Origin: Armatimonadota bacterium
GTDB taxonomy: Bacteria > Armatimonadota > UBA10988
Assembly: GCA_016235455.1 (NCBI GenBank)
Contig: JACRKZ010000012.1
Span: 1 to 64,000, forward strand
DNA length: 64,000 bases
Direction of reading: 5' to 3'
Shown one piece after another: positions 58,507 to 64,000 of this stretch (within the stretch, counting starts at the first letter, position 1; each line of letters begins with the position of its first letter). The position numbers and the translations under genes were made by a program. Under the pieces are notes generated by a model that made no database searches, was not told the origin of the DNA, and worked only from the letters and a program-made list of their open reading frames with translations.

Positions 58507-59643
58507 ATGCGCGTCCTGGCCGTCACCAGCCTCTACCCCACACTGGCCCAGCCGCACTTCGCCGCGTTCATGCCCGGGCGCATGCGCGGGCTTGCCGCAC
58601 ATGCCAATGTCGATCTGCTCCTCTGCCGTCAGACACACCCACTTGGCTACCGGTTCCGACTGCCCACCAGCATCGTGGTAGATCCGCTTGATCAGTTGAC
58701 CATCTGGCCCGCGCAGTTCATTGCGCTGCGCGGCGTCGCGAGGAGTCGGAGGGCCAGACAGATGCTTGGCGGCGCCCGCCGAGCGGTGCGGCAGATGGAC
58801 CGTTCGTGGGATGTGGTGCTGGGGCATTTCCTTGTGCCCGACGGCGTCTGCGCCGCGCTGCTGGCCGCGGAACTGGGCCTGCCCGTGGTGCTCGTGGCAC
58901 ATGGCAGCGATGTGCACACCAAGGCGGCCGACCCGCGCTGCCACGCCGATCTGGCTTGGGCGCTGGGCCAGGCCAAGGGGCTGATCGTCGTCAGCGACGA
59001 CCTGCGGCGCCGACTCGCCGACCTGGGTTTCGCGCTGCCGCCGACGACCGTGCTGCCCTGCGGTTACGACCCTGCCCTGTTCGCCCCCCGCAGCCAGACC
59101 GAGGCACGCGCGCGGCTGGGCTTCATGCCGGGCTCGTGGCTGGTCTACGTCGGTGCGCTGCGCGGGGTCAAGCGGCTCGACGTGCTGCTGCAGGCCCTGG
59201 CGCTGGTGCCCGATGTGCATCTGGCCGTGGTGGGCGACGGCGATCAGGCCCAGCCGCTGCGGTCGCTGGCCCGCTCGCTGGGGCTGGACGCGCGCGTGCA
59301 CTGGGCGGGAGCGCGACCGCACGACGAGGTGCCGGACTTCCTGGCCGCGGCCGACGCCGTCGTGCTGAGCAGCGACCGCGAGGGCACCCCGACCATCCTG
59401 ACCGAGGCGCTGGCCATGGGCCGGCCGGTGGTGGCCACGGCGGTTGGCGGCATTCCGGAGTTGGTCGGCGACCTCGCCAGGCTGGCGCCGCCCGGCCAGC
59501 CGCAAGCACTGGCCCAGGCCATCGCGGGAACCCTCGCCGCCCCGCCGCCGTCGGACCGTCTGCGCAACGCGGTGGCGCACCTGACCCTCGACGCGGTCGG
59601 TCGGGCCGAAAGTGAGTTCCTGCGCGCCTGCATCGAGGAGTGA
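58507..59643 (+). CDS. Glycosyltransferase family 4
   Basis: MRVLAVTSLYP, AHGSDV, KRLDVLL, EGTPTILTEALAMGRPVVATAVGG. Confidence 0.9.
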   Translation: MRVLAVTSLYPTLAQPHFAAFMPGRMRGLAAHANVDLLLCRQTHPLGYRFRLPTSIVVDPLDQLTIWPAQFIALRGVARSRRARQMLGGARRAVRQMDRSWDVVLGHFLVPDGVCAALLAAELGLPVVLVAHGSDVHTKAADPRCHADLAWALGQAKGLIVVSDDLRRRLADLGFALPPTTVLPCGYDPALFAPRSQTEARARLGFMPGSWLVYVGALRGVKRLDVLLQALALVPDVHLAVVGDGDQAQPLRSLARSLGLDARVHWAGARPHDEVPDFLAAADAVVLSSDREGTPTILTEALAMGRPVVATAVGGIPELVGDLARLAPPGQPQALAQAIAGTLAAPPPSDRLRNAVAHLTLDAVGRAESEFLRACIEE

Positions 59644-59646
59644 ACC

Positions 59647-60642
59647 ATGGCGCTCGGTTGGGCCATCTCGGGAGTCAGCGACATCGCCACCAAGGCCCTG
59701 GCGCCGGCCGTGCTGGCTCAGCCTGACGCCGAGCTGGTCGCGGTCTACAGCCGTTCGGCCCGGCGGGGCGGCGAGTTCGCCCAGCGCTTTGGCAGCAGCG
59801 CGGTCTACACGGACTTCGGCGCCATGCTGTCCGACCCCGCGGTGGACATCGTCTACGTCGGCGGCGAGGTGGACCGGCACCGACCGGAGACCATCGCCGC
59901 CGCCGAAGCCGGCCGGCATGTGCTGTGCGAGAAGCCCATGGCGCTCGACGCAGCCGAATGCCGTGCCATGATCGACGCCTGCGCGGCCAACGGCGTGCAT
60001 CTGGCCATCGCCTACTATCGGCGCTACTACCCGTCGGTGCGCAAGCTGACCGAGTTGGTCCAAGCCGGCGCGTTGGGCCAGGTGCTGCAGGCGGCGATCG
60101 ACATGAGCTACTACCGGCGGCCGCTGGGCGAGCGCGACTGGCGCACACAGCCGGCAGGCGGGGGCGGCGCGCTGATGGACATCGGCAGCCACCGGTTGGA
60201 CGTGCTCTGCGGCCTGCTCGGCGAGCCGCGGCGCGTGGCGGGCTTCACGGCCCATCGGGTGCACGAGCACTGGGCGCCGGATGTGGAGACGCTGATCGTC
60301 GAGTTCGCCTGTGGCGCGCAAGCCACGTTGCGCTGCAACTGGTGCGCGGGCGCCAGCCAGGACCTGTTCACCGTGGTCGGCACCGAGGCGGTGGCGCTGC
60401 TCGGCGCGCTGGAGGAGCCCAGCTTCATCCTGCGCCGCCGCGGCCAGCCCGACGAGATGGTGCAGGCCGGCGCGCCGGCCGCGATCACCCACGGCCCGCT
60501 GGTCGACGACCTGACCCAGCGCCTGCTGGCCGGTCAGCCGCCGCGCTTCGATGGCCTGGCCGGCTACCAGGCCAGCCGCATCATGGACGGCTGCTACCGG
60601 TCGGCGGCCACGGGCTCACTGATCGAATTGGGAGAGACGTAA
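59647..60642 (+). CDS. Gfo/Idh/MocA-family oxidoreductase
   Basis: HVLCEKPMA, AYYRRY, GGGALMDIGSH. Confidence 0.9.
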   Translation: MALGWAISGVSDIATKALAPAVLAQPDAELVAVYSRSARRGGEFAQRFGSSAVYTDFGAMLSDPAVDIVYVGGEVDRHRPETIAAAEAGRHVLCEKPMALDAAECRAMIDACAANGVHLAIAYYRRYYPSVRKLTELVQAGALGQVLQAAIDMSYYRRPLGERDWRTQPAGGGGALMDIGSHRLDVLCGLLGEPRRVAGFTAHRVHEHWAPDVETLIVEFACGAQATLRCNWCAGASQDLFTVVGTEAVALLGALEEPSFILRRRGQPDEMVQAGAPAAITHGPLVDDLTQRLLAGQPPRFDGLAGYQASRIMDGCYRSAATGSLIELGET

Positions 60643-60645
60643 CCT

Positions 60646-62772
60646 ATGAACTGCTTGCTACTGTCAGTGCTGCTGGCCACGGCCAACGCATCACCCAGCT
60701 TGAATGCCAAGGTCAGTTGGCTGGGCAATACCTTCCCCGGCGCGGCGAAGTGGGTCCAGCAGGACATTGCCAGCGTGGCGGTCACGCCCGACGGCGAGGT
60801 CTATACCAGCGTGCCGTGGGATGAGGCCGGCGGCGAGGTCAGCCGCTACAAGGACGGTGACCGGCTCGGCACCGCGCGCCACACCCGCGGCTGGGGCTAC
60901 GACGGCGGTGTCGGCGTCGCGGTCAACAGCAAGTACGTCTACTTCGGTCAGTCGGTGGACTGCGAAGGCGGCGGGCTCAAAGACCCCGACACGTGGCCGG
61001 ACAAGGGCCGGCACTGGTTCGGCGTGTCGCGGCGAAAGCGCGCCGACTTCACTCAGTCTGCGCCGTTCCCCGGTGGCAAGGGCGGCAAGGGCGACACGCT
61101 GCGCGGCGGGTTCCTGGTGGTCAATGACGTGGCCGAAGGTGCCAAGGCGCAGATCGGCGGCCTGTGGGCCACGGAGACCCAGCTCTTCGTCAGCAACCCG
61201 GCCACGGGCAAGGTGCTCGTCTACGATGCCGAGACCATGGCGCCGGTGCGCGAATGGGCTGTCGACAAGCCGGGCTCCATCGCCCAGGACACTGCGGGCC
61301 GGCTGTGGGTGTTGCGCACCACCACGCCGGCCGAGTTGCGCGCCTACAGCGCCGACGGCACGGCGGGCGCGGCCTACACCTTCGAGGCCACGGCCAAGCC
61401 GACCAACCTCTGCGCCGACCGCGGCCGGCTGCTGGTCACCGACTGCGGGCCTAGCCAGCAGGTGCGCATCATCGGTGACCTGGACGGCACACCGCGCGAG
61501 ATTGGCCGCTTCGGCGTACCCGGCGGCATCTACGCCGAGCCGTCGGGCCGGGTCGGGCCGGGCCGGCTGAACATGCCCAGCGCGCTCGGCGTGGACGCCG
61601 CGGGCCGGGTCTACGTGGCCAACGACGGCCAGAGCGGCGGCGGCGGCACGGTATTGCAGTGCTATGAGCCCGACGGCAAGCTGGTCTGGGAGCTGCAGGG
61701 TCTGACCTTCGTCGACGTGGCCGCAGCCGACCCGGTCAATGAGACGGATGTGTTCACCAAGGAGGAGCGCTTCCGCCTGGACTACAGCAAGCCCGCGGGC
61801 CGCGAAGCGACCTACGCCGGCTACACCATCAACCCGTTCCGCTACCCCGACGACCCGCGTCTGCACCTGTGGTCGGGCGGCGCGTGGGTGCGGCGCATCG
61901 AGGGCAGGCGCTTCCTATTCGTGTTGGACATGAACGCCGAGTGGCTGCAGGTCTACCGCTTCGACGCCGCCAGTGGCGAGACGGCCATTCCGTCGGGCAT
62001 GTTCAGCAAGCGCCAGATCCGCGACAAGCAAGGCTGGCCCAACGGCCAACCGGCCCGCGGCGAGTGGATCTGGCGCGACGCCAACGGCAACGGCGCCTTC
62101 GACGAGGGCGAGTATGTGCGCAGTGAACGCGACACGCCGGAATGCCAGGGCTGGTGGGTCGATGCCAAGGGCAACGTCTGGCAGGTCATGGAAAACGAGG
62201 GCATCCGCTGCCTGCCGATGCGCGGGCTCGACGCCAAGGGCAACCCCACTTGGGATCTGACCGAGCCGCGCACCTGGCCCAAGCCCGCCGAGTTTGCCCA
62301 ACTCCGGCGCCTGCGCTACGACTCGGCGACGGACACGATGATCCTGGGCGGCACCACCACCGAACACAAGAACCAGCACTGGAAGCCGATGGGCCCGGTG
62401 ATGGTGCGCTACGATAAGTGGAGCAGCGCCGCGCCGTCCCGCCGCTGGACGTTGGTCGCACCGTATAGCGATGGCGCGCAAGGGCACTTCTCGTGTGAGC
62501 CGATGGGCTTCGATGTCGCCGGCGACTATCTCTTCGTGCCGTATACCGGCGAATCGAAGGAGATGGGCTACGCGTACGGCCATGTGGAGGTCTTCCGGCT
62601 CGACGACGCCTCGCCCGTCGGCCACATGGAGCCGACGCCGGAGATCGGCCAGGTCGGCTTGCAGGACCTGCGCGAAACGATGTCAGCCACGCGCCGCCCC
62701 GACGGCGAGTACGTGATCTTCCTGGAGGACGACTACAAGTCCAAGACGGTTATGTATCGCTGGAAGCCGTAG
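60646..62772 (+). CDS. Secreted NHL/beta-propeller hypothetical protein
   Basis: Signal peptide; SWLGNTF, WDEAG, PSALGVDAAGRVYVA, WRDANGNGAFDEGE. Confidence 0.7.
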   Translation: MNCLLLSVLLATANASPSLNAKVSWLGNTFPGAAKWVQQDIASVAVTPDGEVYTSVPWDEAGGEVSRYKDGDRLGTARHTRGWGYDGGVGVAVNSKYVYFGQSVDCEGGGLKDPDTWPDKGRHWFGVSRRKRADFTQSAPFPGGKGGKGDTLRGGFLVVNDVAEGAKAQIGGLWATETQLFVSNPATGKVLVYDAETMAPVREWAVDKPGSIAQDTAGRLWVLRTTTPAELRAYSADGTAGAAYTFEATAKPTNLCADRGRLLVTDCGPSQQVRIIGDLDGTPREIGRFGVPGGIYAEPSGRVGPGRLNMPSALGVDAAGRVYVANDGQSGGGGTVLQCYEPDGKLVWELQGLTFVDVAAADPVNETDVFTKEERFRLDYSKPAGREATYAGYTINPFRYPDDPRLHLWSGGAWVRRIEGRRFLFVLDMNAEWLQVYRFDAASGETAIPSGMFSKRQIRDKQGWPNGQPARGEWIWRDANGNGAFDEGEYVRSERDTPECQGWWVDAKGNVWQVMENEGIRCLPMRGLDAKGNPTWDLTEPRTWPKPAEFAQLRRLRYDSATDTMILGGTTTEHKNQHWKPMGPVMVRYDKWSSAAPSRRWTLVAPYSDGAQGHFSCEPMGFDVAGDYLFVPYTGESKEMGYAYGHVEVFRLDDASPVGHMEPTPEIGQVGLQDLRETMSATRRPDGEYVIFLEDDYKSKTVMYRWKP

Positions 62773-62776
62773 GCGG

Positions 62777-62874
62777 CAGTGTCAGGGGCCTCTCGCAATT
62801 AGCGGTGTCAGGGACCGATTTCACGCGTGAAAACGGTCCCTGACACCGTTAATAGCGAGAGGCCCCTGACACTG
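62777..62874. repeat. 98-bp near-perfect palindrome with nested GTGTCAGGG units (REPIN/MITE-like)
   Basis: Two 49-nt arms with 3 mismatches around centre TTTCACG|CGTGAAA, between convergent genes. Confidence 0.85.
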
Positions 62875-62892
62875 TTCCTTCCGGCGCCGCCG

Positions 62893-64000
62893 CTACATCA
62901 ACTCCGGCAACTCCTTGCCGCGGTCGAACAACAGCACCAGATCAGCCAACTTGGCCGCCAGCTCCGCCGGCGCGTCCTCGCTCATGCGCCAGGCCCAGTT
63001 GGCCGCGGCCACGCCGGGCGTGTTCATGCGGGCCTCGCTGCCCAGGCCGAGCGCGTCCTGCAGCGGGAAGATGGCCACGTCGGCCGCCGAACTGAGCGCG
63101 AGGCGGATCATCGTCCAGGAGATGTCCTTCGGCTCGCCGCCCAGGTAGGCCTTGGCCTTGGTCTTCTCGGCGCGGGTAGCGGTCTTCCACCAGCTGCGGG
63201 TGGTGTCGTTGTCGTGAGTGCCGGTGTAGACCACGGTGTTGGTCGGGTAGAGGTGCGGCAGGTAGAAGTTGGCGCCCTGGTGGAAGGCGAACTGCAGCAC
63301 CCTCATACCGGGGAATCCGAAGCGGTCGCGCAGCGCCTTGACCTCGGGCGTGATGATGCCCAGGTCCTCGGCGATGATGGACAGGTCGCCCAGCTCCTGC
63401 CACAGCCGCAGGAAGAACTCCTCGCCGGGCGACTTGACCCACTCGCCGCCGATGGCGGTCTCGTCACCGGCCGGCACGCGCCAGTAGGACTCGAAGCCGC
63501 GGAAATGGTCGAGCCGCACGGCATCGACCAGGCTGAGCGTGTTGCGGAACCGCGCGAACCACCACCCGAAGTTGTCCCACTGGTTGGCCTGCCAGTCATA
63601 CAGCGGGTTGCCCCACAGCTGGCCGGTGGCGCAGAAGTAGTCGGGTGGCACGCCGGCCACGGCCAGCGGCGTGCCGTCGGGCTCCAACTGGAAGAGGTGG
63701 CGGTTGCACCACACGTCGGCGCTGTCGTAGGCCACGAAGATGGGCACGTCGCCAACGATGCTCACGCCGTTGTCGGCCGCGTACGCCTTCAGCTCGCCCC
63801 ATTGTCGCCGGAACATGAACTGGCAGAACAGGTGGTAGCCCACCGAGTCGGCGAGCTTGTCGCGCCAGCCGGCGAGGGCCGCGGGATCACGGAAGGCCGC
63901 GCCAGGCTCCCAGGTGTTCCAGACCGCGCCGTCGTGGGCCTCCTTGAGCGCGGCGAACAGCGCGTAGTCGTGGGCCCAGCCGCCGATCTCGGGCCGTGCG
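62893..64000 (-). CDS. malQ: 4-alpha-glucanotransferase (GH77), 5' end outside the window
   Basis: GDVPIFV, AGVPPDYF, GQLWGNP, RLDHFRGF, IAEDLG, YTGTHDNDT, RMNTPG. Confidence 0.95.
   Translation of the reverse strand, partial: ARPEIGGWAHDYALFAALKEAHDGAVWNTWEPGAAFRDPAALAGWRDKLADSVGYHLFCQFMFRRQWGELKAYAADNGVSIVGDVPIFVAYDSADVWCNRHLFQLEPDGTPLAVAGVPPDYFCATGQLWGNPLYDWQANQWDNFGWWFARFRNTLSLVDAVRLDHFRGFESYWRVPAGDETAIGGEWVKSPGEEFFLRLWQELGDLSIIAEDLGIITPEVKALRDRFGFPGMRVLQFAFHQGANFYLPHLYPTNTVVYTGTHDNDTTRSWWKTATRAEKTKAKAYLGGEPKDISWTMIRLALSSAADVAIFPLQDALGLGSEARMNTPGVAAANWAWRMSEDAPAELAAKLADLVLLFDRGKELPELM

Overview
High-GC (roughly 70%) bacterial chromosomal window with about 50 CDSs. Three prepilin-type N-methylation/DUF1559 genes ([33 protein letters not shown]...H-X9-DG) and many secreted carbohydrate-active proteins suggest Armatimonadota (inference). 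The enzymes include an SGNH esterase, a BNR/Asp-box propeller, an alginate-lyase-like+LamG protein, GH51, two heparinase II/III-like lyases, a GH38-like protein, an SGNH-GH95 fusion, MalQ and two tandem uncharacterised GH-like paralogues. The window also holds a PemK/MazF toxin-antitoxin pair, two two-component/c-di-GMP signalling clusters (with degenerate HD-GYP and GGDEF domains), a stand-alone HD-GYP protein, and PPK2 coupled to an orphan adenine DNA methyltransferase. I saw no rRNA, tRNA, CRISPR array, integrase or transposase. The most notable observations are: a putative anti-Shine-Dalgarno RNA element matching the RBS of two DUF1559 paralogues, a DUF2330-membrane-GspG-like fusion, a REP-like palindrome translated in frame inside the methyltransferase, a 98-bp near-perfect nested palindrome, a multi-hairpin leader before a tiny lipoprotein, a leaderless TA promoter and a frameshifted multi-Fn3 gene. 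All assignments come from motifs read by eye; no database searches were run.
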